From: Macrostomum lignano
Lineage: Eukaryota
Assembly (NCBI GenBank): GCA_002269645.1
Contig: NIVC01000884.1
Location: 331,616 to 395,615, forward strand
DNA: 64,000 nucleotides
Direction of reading: 5' to 3'
Part shown: positions 35,446 to 60,741 of the stretch, one piece after another
Numbering within the stretch: the stretch's first letter is position 1
Layout: each line of letters opens with the position of its first letter
Made by a program: the position numbers and the translations under genes
The notes under the pieces: model-generated
Databases searched by the model: none
Told to the model about the DNA's origin: nothing
Seen by the model: only the letters and a program-made list of their open reading frames with translations

Positions 35446-35615
35446 GAACACGGTAATAGGTTAGGTACTGTTTCTCATCGGGCTGGCCATAATAGGTAGG
35501 CTGCTTCGAGAGCAGCTCCTTACACTGTCTATAAAAGCCTGCAGTTGGTTCAGTTTATCCAACATTCAAACCTGACGCCGCTCTTCGCCGCTCCCTCGCT
35601 ACATGCTGCAGCTGT

Positions 35616-36122
35616 TCAGCTCCTAGATCGGGACCGGGAGCGAGTCGAGCGCGACCTCGACCGACGCCGCCGATCGTCGTAGCGGCCGCCGCGATCGCGG
35701 TCCCTGTCCCTAGACCGGTCCCTGTCGCGGTCGCCGCCGCGCAGTCGGGGACACTCGCGAGCGAAATGACCGGGCCGGCCGCACGAGTAGCAGCCGCCGC
35801 CTCGGCCTCCGCCGCCGCCGCCGCCGCCACCGAAGCCGCCCTGGCCGGGTCGGCGGGCTCGCGACCGGCCGCTGGACAGTTCAACTCGAGCCCGAACTCC
35901 GCAGATGACGGTGCCGTCTAGATCGCGTACAGCGTCGCCAGCGTCGCGCGAATCTTCAAATACAACAAAGGCAAAGCCGGGCGGATTGCGGGCAACCCAA
36001 ACGGAGCGGACGGCGCCGTAGTGCCGGAACGCTTTCTCAATTTCTGACTCCGAAGCGTCGCGCGGCAGGTCGCCGATGTACACTTTGCAGCCGTCGTCGT
36101 CGTCGTAACGTTTGGTTGACAT
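35616..36122 (-). CDS. SRSF7: SRSF7/9G8-like SR protein, paralogue a (intronless CDS, 168 aa)
   Basis: [47 protein letters not shown] zinc knuckle and RS tail. Confidence 0.88.
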   Translation of the reverse strand: MSTKRYDDDDGCKVYIGDLPRDASESEIEKAFRHYGAVRSVWVARNPPGFAFVVFEDSRDAGDAVRDLDGTVICGVRARVELSSGRSRARRPGQGGFGGGGGGGGGRGGGCYSCGRPGHFARECPRLRGGDRDRDRSRDRDRDRGGRYDDRRRRSRSRSTRSRSRSRS

Positions 36123-37970
36123 TATTTAGCTAGCTTAAAACCTTGAAAAACCATGGCGAGAGGTGGGCAATGGGGGGTGTTAAGCTGTTTTTAGTATGAG
36201 GGCAGAAGTCCTTGTCAGAGGCGAGTTACGGAGATAATTTAAGATGGAAACACTACAAATAGTAAGAGAGAACAAGATAAAAGTGCAGAGAAGCGTAGGA
36301 AATTAAAAAAAAATATTACGGGGTAAATTTCGATCAAATATGGCCTTTATCAAGTAAGCTATTAAATTTCAGACAGTTTTTGAGCAATGGGTTAACGATA
36401 ACTGTGAGTGCCTGTGTACACAGTATTGACGCACTTGTATGTGCTCAGGAGCCAGCAGAATGGGCAGAATCGCCTCACAGCCCTGGTTGTGGGACCGACG
36501 TCGCCGAAGGCGTTGCGCCAGGATGCTCACAAGACGCTTGCAATTAATATTGAAGCATTAGTTGAAAATCACTAATTGTCCACCACACTGCCACCAAAAA
36601 ATCTAGGCCACAGAAGAAGTCAGAAAGAGGAGATTAACAGAGAAACAGATAACAACGTAGACGGATATGAAGTGCATTAAAAAACTTTGGTAGAAATTCT
36701 GCAACACGTTATTAATTTTCATCACAAAATATAGAATTATCCTCGATAAATGAAGGCAAAGATAAGCACGGTTCTTTAAGCACTACAATAGTGTAGCTCC
36801 CCAACTGAGTTTTCATGTTTAACAGTGCAAATTGTATTTCTGCTTTTCCTTGGGTATAAAAGGCTCTCTAAACGAATTTTCTTTGAAGATTCTGCACATA
36901 TCAGTAGATAGAGATAAAACTGCGCAACCAATAAACTTATTGAACTACAGAGCAGCAACTGCAGCTTAATTTAGAGGGGTAATGCAACTTTATTATTTTT
37001 AATAATCTCACTCAAAAAAATCTAAAAATCTCAAGAGTTCTAAATCTTATAGCATGCTACTTATTTAGTAGCATATAAGAAACTAAGCATAATCCTTCGG
37101 ATGTTTCCTTTTCAACAACTCCCTAAGGGTAGACGCTTTACAATAAATAAAATTATTGCAGTCAACTTACCGCGCGAAAAGTGAGCGCGAATCAGAGCAG
37201 GCAGAGAGGGGGAGAGGGGGGATAGGAAGGTCGGTTTTTTTAGCAGACTTTAAACGACGGGCGCAGCGCCAATATCGCCGAGTATTTTTAAACATTCTGT
37301 CTAGCCATCGAGACGGTGGTAGGAACTGTGATGGAAAAGCCGAGACGAAGGAATTAGCAACTGTCGCTGAACGCACTCGATCCGCCTCTCTCCCCACTCT
37401 CTCTTTGCTCTCGGGTGTGCCACTGACTCGACAGTCGGGGGGATTAACTCTTAGCATTAACTTATAACGATGAGGCGGCTGGGCTGTAGTAGTGTAGTAG
37501 GTGTGAGGGTGCAAACTATTGTGGCGAGCTGAGAGCTGCAGGCTGAAGCGCTGAGCTGAGCTTTAATTAGCTGTGTCGAGAGGTTCATTTTTGCTGCTTT
37601 TACTGCTGCTGCTGTGCTGCAAGCTGAGCTGCTGTTAGAAGATTTTTGCTGCTTTGCTGCTGCTGCGCTATTGCTTGTTGCATAAGGCGACACATTAGAC
37701 GAATCTCTTCTTGCCGCATTCGAAGAAAAAAGACAGCGCGGGCATACAAAATAGCATGCAATATGAAAATAAAAGCAGGTAAACGCGTACAAAAATCTAC
37801 TGAAATGCAGATGTAAATAAAGAATGACTACAGTTTTCTATACAGTATTTTATGTACAATATAATGATAATCAAGCGCGGATATGAAAGACTATAACAAA
37901 CACATAAAACGCCGAAATATAACCCTATGAAAATGGTATCTGGGCCAAGAAGCGTTGCATGACTTGCAAC

Positions 37971-38142
37971 CATGCTTGGGCGCAACCCAGGGACTCACCC
38001 TGCCGTTTCTACTGGCAACACACACATGTAAGTCGCTATTGGACGGAATAGTAGTCACGTGACTGCTCTCAGCCAATAGTGACTTACATGTGTGTGTTGC
38101 CACTAGAAACGGCCGGGCGACTCCCAAGGTTGCGCATGCATG
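37971..38142. mobile_element. Palindromic hAT-type MITE
   Basis: 8-bp TSD CTTGCAAC (37963-37970 and 38143-38150); termini resemble the CATGCGCAAC TIR; 41-bp internal arms with 2 mismatches around GTCACGTGAC. Confidence 0.8.
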
Positions 38143-39239
38143 CTTGCAACTCTTAGACGACTCTTAAAACCGAAACGTCTTGATAAAAGTGGCCAAAAAG
38201 ACCGTCAGAGTCGCCTAAGAGTCAATTTGAGGCGTTTTATTGTTGGCGACTTTAAAACTACTTTGGAGCAGCGCAAGCGACTTTTAGGCGCTTTCATAAT
38301 GAGTCTATGAATTCATCACTATGCGTCACTATGAATTCAGAATCGCATTTCACATTGATGACAACTCTATTTAGTCTACTTGAGTTGATAGAAAGTTAAT
38401 AAACGACTCTTAAAACAAATTTTCAACTCTCTTACGATTTTTGCAACTCACGTGATGCGCTCGTGACTCAACAGTTGCCTGTACAGTAGTTTGAGTCATT
38501 TAGAAAAGTATAAATGTATATAATACAAATAAACGCCAATAAGAAAAGCCTGAAAAATAAGCGAATAATCTCGCTGACGTGTTTCTCTGCCTGACAAGTT
38601 TATTCGTTAAAATTTTCATTTTCCGATGCCACTGATAGTCTTGGACCCTCTTCCGGAGAGATTTGGTCTTCTGCCTTCTCGCTTAACGACTGGGACGCAG
38701 ATTGTTGAAAGCATAAATATATATATATATATTTCTAAGAAATATTAATACATCAGAATATGTACTTAAATCGATACTGCTTATCTAACATTGAATTATC
38801 AAGTTCACTTTGTACTATATATAATTTTTCTTACTAATATGATTTAAAGTTAAAAGCAAAATCTCCCGACTGGTTCGATCAAACAAATAGTAAAAATGGA
38901 TTTATATTTATTTCATTCATCAACTCATTAGCCAGGCGTGTATCTATATAGCTCACATGACTATATTTCCACTATAATAATAGTGCGTAGTGTAATGAAA
39001 CAGTTGGACACAGGTGACCAAACGGTCAAGTCAGGATGACAATTTGTTGATTATATAAGCAACATTATTCTTATTTTAAAATGCAATTTCAACAAGCTAG
39101 CGTGGGCAGTTACACATACTGATCAGGTGATCAGGTATTTCAAATTCAACTTAAAATACTAAAACTTTAACGAATGGCTCTCCATAACAAGGCATTAGCA
39201 CAATTTTAGGACCATGAAGATCTTTACTAGCGTCCTTCA

Positions 39240-40550
39240 GTTCTTCAATGAGCCCCTTAAGGTCCTTTAATGAGCTCATTCCGGCCCTTTAATAATCTCC
39301 CTCAGGTCCTTCAATGAGCTCCTTCAGGTCCTTTAATAATCTCCCTCAGGTCCTTCAATGAGCTCCCTCAGGCCCTTTAATAATCTCCCTCAGGTCCTTC
39401 AATGAGCTCCTTCAGGTCCTTTAATAATCTCCCTCAGGTCCTTCAATGAGCTCCCTCAGGCTCTTAATAATCTCCCTCAGGTCCTTTAATGATCTGCCTC
39501 AGGTCCTTCAATGAGCTCCCTCAGGTCCTTCAATGATCTCCCTCAGGTCCTTTAATAATCTCCCTCAGGTCCTTTAATGATCTCCCTCAGGTCCTTCAAT
39601 GAGTTCCCTCAGGTCCTTTAATAATCTCCCTCAGGTCCTTTAATGAGCTCCCTCAGGTTCTTTAATGATCTCCCTCAGGTCCTTCAATGAGTTCCCTCAG
39701 GTCCTTTAATAATCTCCCTCAGGTCCTTTAATGAGCTCCCTCAGGTTCTTTAATGAGCTCCCTCAGGTCCTTCAATGAGCTCCCTCAGGTTATATGATAA
39801 TGAGCTCCCTCAGGTCCTTCAATGAGCTCCCTCAGGTTATATGATAATGAGCTCCCTCAGGTCCTTCAATGAGCTCTCTCAGGTTATATGATAATGAGCT
39901 CCCTCAGGTCCTTCAATGAGCTCCCTCAGGTTATATGATAATGAGCTCCCTCAGGTCCTTCAATGAGCTCTCTCAGGTTATATGATAATGAGCTACCTCA
40001 GGTCCTTCAATGAGCTCCCTCAGGTTATATGATAATGAGCTCCCTCAGGTCCTTCAATGAGCTCCCTCAGGTTATATGATAATGAGCTCCCTCAGGTCCT
40101 TCAATGAGCTCTCTCAGGTTATATGATAATGAGCTCCCTCAGGTCCTTCAATGAGCTCCCTCAGGTTATATGATAATGAGCTCCCTCAGGTCCTTCAATG
40201 AGCTCTCTCAGGTTATATGATAATGAGCTCCCTCAGGTCCTTCAATGAGCTCCCTCAGGTTATATGATAATGAGCTCCCTCAGGTCCTTCAATGAGCTCC
40301 CTCAGGTTATATGATAATGAGCTCCCTCAGGTCCTTCAATGAGCTCTCTCAGGTTATATGATAATGAGCTACCTCAGGTCCTTCAATGAGCTCCTCAGGT
40401 TATATGATAATGAGCTCCCTCAGGTCCTTCAATGAGCTCCCTCAGGTTATATGATAATGAGCTCCCTCAGGTCCTTCAATGAGCTCCCTCAGGTTATATG
40501 ATAATGAGCTCCCTCAGGTCCTTCAATGAGCTCCCTCAGGTTATATGATA
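39240..40550. repeat. 22-bp/47-bp higher-order minisatellite (AATGAGCTCCCTCAGGTCCTTC with TTATATGAT variant)
   Basis: Tandem array that shifts from monomer to dimer organisation. Confidence 0.95.
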
Positions 40551-40578
40551 AGAAACGTCCCTTTCCAAGCGAACAACT

Positions 40579-47320
<6,742 letters not shown>

Positions 47321-47452
47321 TGTTATGACGCTTAATTGGCTGGAAACATTTTGCAGGGTGAGGTGGAGGGCAATAGGTTAATATTTGGAATATGTGGCCC
47401 GATAGTATCCCAAACCTAGGCTAGAATTTACATGGTCAACGAGGGTAGCGTT

Positions 47453-47755
47453 GGCCCAGCAACTAAGGATCTGGGAGGCTGGCCCAGCAACTAAGGATCT
47501 GGGAGGCTGGCCCAGCAACTGAGGATCTGGGAGGCTGGCCCAGCAACTAAGGATCTGGGAGGCTGGCCCAGCAACTGAGGATCTGGGAGGCTGGACCAGC
47601 AACTGAGGATCTGGGAGGCTGGACCAGCAACTGAGGATCTGGGAGGCTGGCCCAGCAACTGAGGATCTGGGAGGCTGGACCAGCAACTGAGGATCTGGGA
47701 GGCTGGACCAGCAACTGAGGATCTGGGAGGCTGGCCCAGCAACTGAGGATCTGAT
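47453..47755. repeat. 28-bp family minisatellite upstream of the MRPS22 ATG
   Basis: About 11 copies. Confidence 0.93.
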
Positions 47756-49089
47756 AGGCTGGCGGTGGCCCATTGTGAGTATTGGAATAGTGTAGTCTCC
47801 ACAGTAAAAATAATAAGCAGTTAAATGTACGGCACTTATTAGTAAGAGCAGATAGCGCAAATCAGGCATACAAATTTTATTCTCCTTGGCCCTGAGAATG
47901 ACATTAGCTAATTATAGATAGAATTATGTTACACAAACATGCAAAGCTGGTGTCTAATGAAAGCTAAAGTTATAGGCCTTGTACAATCACACAGTTTATG
48001 CACAGAGGGCTACATAGCAACGGGCAGGTAGAAATAGAAAGCCAAAGGAGATTCAAGAAAAATAAATATACGAGTGCACAAATATTAGGATTAGATATAT
48101 GTTGTTGTTACCACTAAAAGTAGGAGAGCAGAGGACTCAAAATTGAAAAAAAACGGACTTATTATCAAGACTTTTGACAAAAAATCTTTTGTCTACAAAA
48201 CAGCGTAATTTATCATAAAAAATTATAGAGAAAATAATAGGTTTTTCTTTAAGATAAAGTCAACACTACAACAAAGACCTGTCTAGAACACAGCGCTGTT
48301 CTGAAATCATCGTACAGTAGAACTTAATCCATTAAATCCACTCTAATAAGACAATTTAAAAAAGAACTCACAATGAGCATAGATAGAAACTATTAGTGTT
48401 AAAGCACAACTCAGCATTATGATTGAGGATAGACAGTCAACATACCTATATATACTTTAAGAAATGAAATCCTATTGACAGAATTGCACTTCTTTATGAT
48501 GTACAACTTGTTTCAAATAAAATTGTGCGCATTAGACCATCTGTCTGCTGAGGAAAACTACTAGCATAGAAATCGTAAGTAGTCTGGTCCGCTCTAAGCT
48601 AGATATTATAAATTAAAATATACAATGTTAGTTCTAGCGACTGGACTAGCAGAGCAAAGGCACACGGGCACGCGGCAACAAGGTACTACTAGTACTACTA
48701 AAAAAGATACTACTACAAGTAGGCGAAAGTAGTTTTTTAATTCTATTTTTTTACAAAATCTCAGTAAACTCTGCGCAACGGCTGGGCGGCAAAAAAGCAG
48801 GTAAAAAGACGATGAGTTGCAAAATAGCTAAGGAAGCACTGCAATAAAAAAAATAATAAATGTATGCATAGTAACAATCCAAGCTTTAACATCATTGAAA
48901 CAGAACCAAAACGAGTGGTTCAATTTTGACACTCGGCTGCTGATCCAAGGCACTTCACCCCGAGCACAAGAAAACAACAGCAGAACAAAGAAAACATTAA
49001 TTATTAGTAACAGTAAGTAACCTCAATAACAATAGAATTAGTCAATTGTTCTTCCCGAAAAACTGCCCTCCAACCCGTTAGAATTTCAA

Positions 49090-54225
<5,136 letters not shown>

Positions 54226-54439
54226 CTGAAATCGACATGAAACTTTAGCTTACTATGAGAATGAGATTCTATAATTTTCATTTTTCTAAGTCCTTCTATG
54301 AAAGGCAGGCAGCAGTTAGGGTCACAAATGCAGTCGACCTTCTGTTGTTCTGGGGTCATGACAGTGACTACTTACTACTGACTCTAATGTCCACTACTGC
54401 GTCTACATTATCTAATGTCCACTACAGCGTCTACATGAT

Positions 54440-54790
54440 CTAATGTCCACTGACTATTGTGTCTACTGACTCCACCGTCTACTGACTATTGTGTCTACTG
54501 ACTCCACTGTCTACTGACTATTGTGTCTACTGACTCCACTGTCTACTGACTATTGTGTCTACTGACTCCACTGTCTACTGACTATTGTGTCTACTGACTC
54601 CACTGTCAACTGACTCCACTGTCTACTGACTCCACTGTCAACTGACTCCACTGTCAACTGACTCCACTGTCAACTGACTCCACTGTCTACTGACTCCACT
54701 GTCTACTGACTCCACTGTCTACTGACTCTACTGTCTACTGACTCTACTGTCTACTGACTCCACTGTCTACTGACTCCACTGTTTACTACT
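54440..54790. repeat. 16/33-bp minisatellite GTCTACTGACTCCACT
   Basis: Tandem copies; related to the 41.2-kb array. Confidence 0.9.
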
Positions 54791-55353
54791 GTGTCCAGAC
54801 TCCGATGTTGAAAAGCATCATCTCTCAGACATGCACTCACTCTGTGCTACAGCCATTGGCCCTCATGGGCGTTAAGTTAACACTCCGAACCCCGAACTGA
54901 AAACTATATTTTACTACTAGCTACTAAATATAAATTAGAAAACTCTTATTTAAAGAAACACAGTTGGTTACAACTCGTAACAGCCTCGGATACAGAAAGT
55001 TGTACTATTAATTGAAATCGGTCGATATACTGCATTAGCAACATAGAAATATTTGAATTATTAGTCAACACACAAGCGCATATAGGTTTATAACGGCAAC
55101 ATTACAAACACAACATTATAGATGCTGGGAAACGAACATAAAAACTAAAGATAGTAAGATACTAATGTTGACGCAAGCAGACAATCCATGTCTTTAGAAT
55201 AGGGGATATAAGTGCTAGTCTAGGAGATATTATTTTTAGTTTGCCTCAATGTCAGACCGGTAACTGCTAACTAAACAGATGTTAGGAAAACTTTGACGCA
55301 TTTGAAACCAATATGAATTAGTAGTTAATAAAATAGTAATTATAGCAATCAGT

Positions 55354-58300
55354 TCAAAATCGCCTCGAAGAGGACACGTCGTAGCCGTGACTAGCCGATC
55401 CGCCAAGGAACATTGGCGCACCGCCGCCCGATCCAGAGCCGGTTGAACCGCCAGCACCAGGCATAGCAACCCGGCCAGACATGTAGGCCGCCGCTGCAGA
55501 CGGTGGAGGCTGATGATGATGATGCGCCAGATGATGCGGCGGCAGCTGGGGCGGCTGCGGCGGCCGGGCGGAGCTGACGCCGGCAATGCCAGTGGGCAAA
55601 GTTGGAGCTGTAGGCAGGTGGGCGCCAATTAAGCTACCAGCTGCTCCGCTGCCGCCAGTCCAGGCCAGGGTTGGCCCGCTAGGCTGCTGCGGCTGCTGAG
55701 CAGAGAAATGATGACCGCCAGCGCCTCGCTGATGCTGACGCTGAGGCTCGCCGCGGTGATAGTAGCGCTGCGACTGCTGATCTGGCTCGGGCTGGCGGCC
55801 TCGGCTATAGTAATAAAATGGCAATAAACTCTTAGTACTATCAGTCCAGTAGCAAGAAGGAAAGGTTTAAGCTATTTTTTGTTATGAAAACAAATTCAGT
55901 CGTAGCCGTTTTGTACATCAGCCAAGGAGGCGGCGCTCTGATGTGCCAGCGCAGCGGCCCAGGCTCGATTCCCAGTGCAATTAACACCCTTGAGGGCCAG
56001 TCCCTAAACTACAGTAAATTGTGCATGCCTAACGATAAATATTTATTAATTATCTTATCATAGTACTTTACACTACACGAAAATTAGCTGAGTAGCTGTG
56101 GAAAAACCCTCATGAAGGAAGCAATAATACTCAGTATATAACTCAAACACTGACAATAATAATTTCAGTTTCACCCAACATAACAGCATGCATGCATCAG
56201 GCTTGATATAGTCGAAGAGGCCGACGGACTCCGATGCTGAACACCTTTTCTGAAGAGTCTAGTTAAAAGCAAGTTTAAAAATGCTTTAAGAAACCACTGG
56301 CAAAATTCCCAAAGCCGCGCGGGTCTGTGGACCGTGCTGACCGCAACACACTGTGCCTTTGACTTTTGCGATCGAAATTACTTTGCATTACCTATGCTGG
56401 CGCTGCTCCTGGCCACCGTGATAATCCCGACTTCTGTCGCGCTCGCCATCCCGACGGGAGCCGCCGCCGCCTCCTCCTCTCGAATCGTAGGCTGATCGCT
56501 TACGATCGTCCCGCTCGCGGCTAGAGTTGCGCTTCCTAGACATTCGATCGCGCGCCTCTCGATCGTGGCGTTCGCGCGCCTCCCGTTCAGCGCGCTCTTG
56601 TCGCTCGCGTTCGGCGCGCTCTCGTTCGACGCGTTCGCGCTCTTTAGCAGCGGCCACGACTGCCGCCTCGCGTTCGGCGCGTTCGCGTCGATCTCGCTCT
56701 TCGCGCGCTTTCCGCTCGCGCTCCCAGCGTTCGCGCGCCTCACGTTCGGCCCGTTCACGTCGCTCGCGCTCCTCGCGCTGGCGTCGCTCAGCCTCCAGGT
56801 GCTCCTTCATTCGTCTGTACTCTTCTTTCTCCCGTTCCAGTCGGCGTTTCTCTTCAATCAGAGCTCGCTCTTGTTCACGTTTCATTTCTTGCTTCTCGCG
56901 CTCCAGATTGGCCTTCTCTTTTTGCAATAGGTATTGCATCTGTTCGAACTTTTCGCGGGTGCGCGCCTCTTCGCGCCTCTTCCATTCTTCTAGTTGGCGG
57001 CGTTCGCGTTCTAGGCGCACTTTCTCGTCTTCTGCGGCCTTCTTGGCGTCCCTGGCAGCCAAAAGGTGACGCAAATCGTCTTCTCGGACGCCTTTAGCGC
57101 TGGCCGAATGGTCGCTGCCAAGCAGTGCATTTCTAGCGCCGGAACTAGGAGCGCCAGCTTGGCGCCGGATTCCGCTATTCTCCATCGAGGTGCGCCGCTC
57201 TCGCGGAGGATTAGACCGGGCAGACGTGTGAGCGCCAGGTCGATGCTGATGATGCGCCTCGGCAAGTCTGTCCCGACTTGTTCCTGTCCGCGCCCGACTG
57301 TCCCGATCCCGACTGCTGGCAGTTCGTCCTCGGTTATTGCGGTCCCGACTGCCGCCGCTGGACCGTCGCCGATCACCCTGCAAAGCACTGGGGACTCTAC
57401 TAATATTACCGGCGCCGTCGGCGCTACCGCGTCGACGATCGCTACCGGCGCTCCGGCGCTGATCAGTAGACGGTCGGCCGTGCTGCTGACGCTGCCTCGA
57501 TCGGCTTCTGGCGCTGCCGGCGCGTCCGCTAATTGGAGATCGAGAGCGGCCGCCGCTGCCGCCGCGCGACATTGAAGCCGAAGCCGCCGCTGTCCGCGCC
57601 GACTCCTGGTTAGAAGAGAACGACGTAATTGGCAACTTGATAACGCCGGGCTTTGGCTTATTGTCGGCAGTCTTTGTCGTCGATGTCGTCTCTAACTTCG
57701 ACGAGCCAGTGGTTGCAGACTTAGTCGCATCGGTAGTCGCTTCCGCTGATGAAGACGACTTAGTAGTAGTCAATGATGCTGACTCTGCTTTTTTAGTAGT
57801 AGATGGCTCCGAATTGGCCCGGTCAACGTAGATTGTCCGACCATGCAAGCTAGTCTTGTGCAGACTCTTCTGGCATTTGTCAGCCTCGTCAGCCGATGAC
57901 ATCTGTATGAGGCCGTAGCGCTTCTGATTGGATCCTTTAGCGTTGACAACAATTTTAGCAGCGAGAACTTTGCCGTGCTTGCTAAATAGCTGTTTGAGAT
58001 CCACGGCCTTTGTACTGCTGTGGATGTTGCTAACCCACAGGCTTTTGCTGTCTGCAAGAACGAAATTTAAATATTTTGGGCGAATAGTTTTTCTTCCCCA
58101 GCGTTTCCTGTCTTTTTTTACCGACGTTTCGAACTCAAAGACAAGACAGAGCAATAAGTTTCGTCAATTTATTTACTTTGAAGACTTGACATGCGCAACA
58201 AAGCGTTGATTTAATAGTTGCAGATTGTCCTTGTTGTTATCATGTCAATTAGAGCTGTGGAAACTTGAATAAAAATTATTACCACAAGAATTGGATCCCA

Positions 58301-59859
58301 CGATCAATGCTTTAAGTTCTTTGTTCTTCTTGAATATTCTCGATTTGAGCTGTGGAAACTTGGGCCTAAAACATTATTACCACAATACTTATGGTGCCCA
58401 AGGATCAGTTGTTTATTTGTTTTCTAATCCTCTTTAATGCTGTTGCTTCGAACTGCGGATTCTTGACTTGAAGCACAGACATATACCACAATAACTGGAG
58501 TGCAAGACCAATGATCTTTATTGTTGTTTAATCCATGGTTCTGTCGACTGAAATCGTTATGTACCAAAAGAAATAAAACCCAAGATCAATTTAGATGTCC
58601 ACGGAGTAGTAGGCTCTGACAGCAGTCGAACAGATTGAATCTCTGTAGTAGATCCTGGCTTGCAGTCGACTCGGTCTTTGTTTGACAATTCGTGCTGCAG
58701 TCGAATCAGTTGTAGGCTGCATATTGCAACAGCAGACCCCCGTCCCGCCATTTTTCAACATTTAAACAAACTTGCCACAAATTGAAACTTGCAGTCATCA
58801 GTAACTCGTATAGTAAGGGAAGCCGTTTCACAATTAAACAATAGTTTGCCGACTTACCTTTAGACGCGGGTACAGCATTAGACTTAGAAGCGGCAGAAGA
58901 CTGTCCGGAAGCGGAGCTGGCAAAGTGGAATTTTTAATAAATTATTCAAAACAATAGTTAAGATGCAGCAAAGTCATCAATAAAAATAGACAAAACGAAA
59001 CTACAAACCCATTAGATTTAGAAGCCCACTTATGAGCTTGCTGACTCTTTTTAGCCGCAGAAGACAACGACAAGCGTTGATGCTTAGCCAAATCTTCGTC
59101 GAGATCGTCCGTTTGTTCAACGTGCACCTCTAGCGAAGCCTCCTCAGCGGCAGTAGTTGAAACCGGCTTTGACACTATCGCGTTTGAATGAACTTCAGCG
59201 GCGCTTGCAGATTCATCTTCTTGTTGTTTATCTTCATCTTTAGCGATGCTAGACGCGTTGCCAGACTCCTGCAATTGCGGCTCCTCATCCTGCTGACTCG
59301 CTAGGTGAGCATCGGCCATAGAATCGTTGTCTCCGTCTTCTTCGGTTGCAACTTTTTCTGACAAATTTTCAACTGCGGGATTCATTATTAGGGACAACTC
59401 TGCTTTCACTGAAGGATAAGGGAGTGCAGATGAAAGCTGACGATGCAAATAAGAATGTAAACATGATTGCTTACCACCAGACTCTTCCTGAACGTCCTGC
59501 AAAGTTTAAGAGAATATTATATTAGTCTCGCCATAACTCATTTATCAATAAAAAAGTAAACTGCTGCTACAACAATAAAAAATCATATAACCCACTACTC
59601 ACATCAACATAGTCTACAACGTCAGTTGAGTAGATGTCAGACTCTATAGTTGTTGGTGGATCTTCTTTTTTCGAATCATTTAGCCGGGCATTATCGCCAT
59701 CTAAAATAAAACAATAGAAAGGTGAAGTTTTCATAACGTTCGCACAGTTACACCTTAATTAATAACAAGTAAAGTGTGAGAAAAACATTAATCAATAATC
59801 TTACCGCGTGTCTCAATTTCAAACTGGTATTCACTAGCATCTTCGCCATTTTCTTCCAT
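55354..59859 (-). CDS. SAFB/SLTM-like RRM and Arg/Glu-rich protein; exons 59859-59805, 59700-59603, 59496-59475, 59408-59030, 58916-58858, 58051-56392, 55804-55354
   Basis: RRM [42 protein letters not shown]; acidic N-terminus; long ERER coiled coil; Gly-rich tail ending RRF. Splice phases are consistent. No SAP-domain exon was found in the window. Confidence 0.8.
55900..56040 (+). mobile_element. SINE family A 5' fragment in the last SAFB-like intron
   Basis: GCGCTCTGATGTGCCAGCG-GGCCCAGGCTCGATTCC is shared with the family head. Confidence 0.65.
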
Positions 59860-60434
59860 GTTCTAAAATTTTGCAGGTTAATAACAAATTGAAGGCATTA
59901 AATTAAGGGGACACTTTTAACCAAGTATCAATAACACATTTTATAATAAAATTGTTAAATTAATCTATGGGGTGCATTATAGTAGCTTAAAATGACTTAA
60001 TGATTCTAAGCAACATGTTAATGTAATTCAGCAAACCAAAACATTTGATATATGAATGTCAAATGTTTGGCTAATATATTGTCACTCTAAATTATTGACT
60101 CTATTTTGAGGACCCCAACAACCCAATGGTTGGTACCAACATGATATTTTATTGAGGTGTCTTGGGCCCATATCGAGGGCCAAGGCCAAATGCAGGGTGA
60201 TACACAACATCTCTGATGCCATGTTTGAAACTTGAAAGCTAGCTACTTGATAAAAAAAATTTTATGGTACTGCTTTTTTTCAAATAAGTGTTTGGTAACC
60301 AAATAAGAGTGATTGGATAGCATACTACTATTGACTTGTCAAATACTTAACCTTTCCAATAGGATTATTGTGATTTTAGTGAGATGTTTCTTTTAATAAT
60401 ATTCATTTTTGTAATAAGAAAAGACCATTTTGGT

Positions 60435-60741
60435 CATACATGCCTAACACTTAGCTGACCTGGCCAATTTGGCTAGGTGGCACAAAAGGTCTAGCAAATG
60501 TAAGTCACAAAAATGCTAACCCAAAATTAAAAAAGTAGACATTGTACTACTTATTAGATGACAAAGAATTTAGCCTAAAATATAGTCATAGTTACTTAAT
60601 AATATACTCATGATAATAATGCATAGTTACACAAGTCACATTAATTTTTGCTTTAGTAGAGCTTCTTTAATCAGTAAGTTGCATATTTGGTCACAAAGTA
60701 AGTTGCAAAGCTAGGTGAAATTTCAAAGTTGGGCATGTATG
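60435..60741. mobile_element. hAT-type MITE, family copy 2
   Basis: TIR CATACATGCC(T/C)AAC; exact 8-bp TSD ATTTTGGT (60427-60434 and 60742-60749); internal similarity to 6136-6412. Confidence 0.85.

Noticed and set aside
56527-57575. Plus-strand ORFs opposite the SAFB-like exon
   Set aside because: They are antisense shadows of GC-rich repetitive coding sequence with no domain or splice support. The same applies to shadows over the mariner, METTL14 and LATS.
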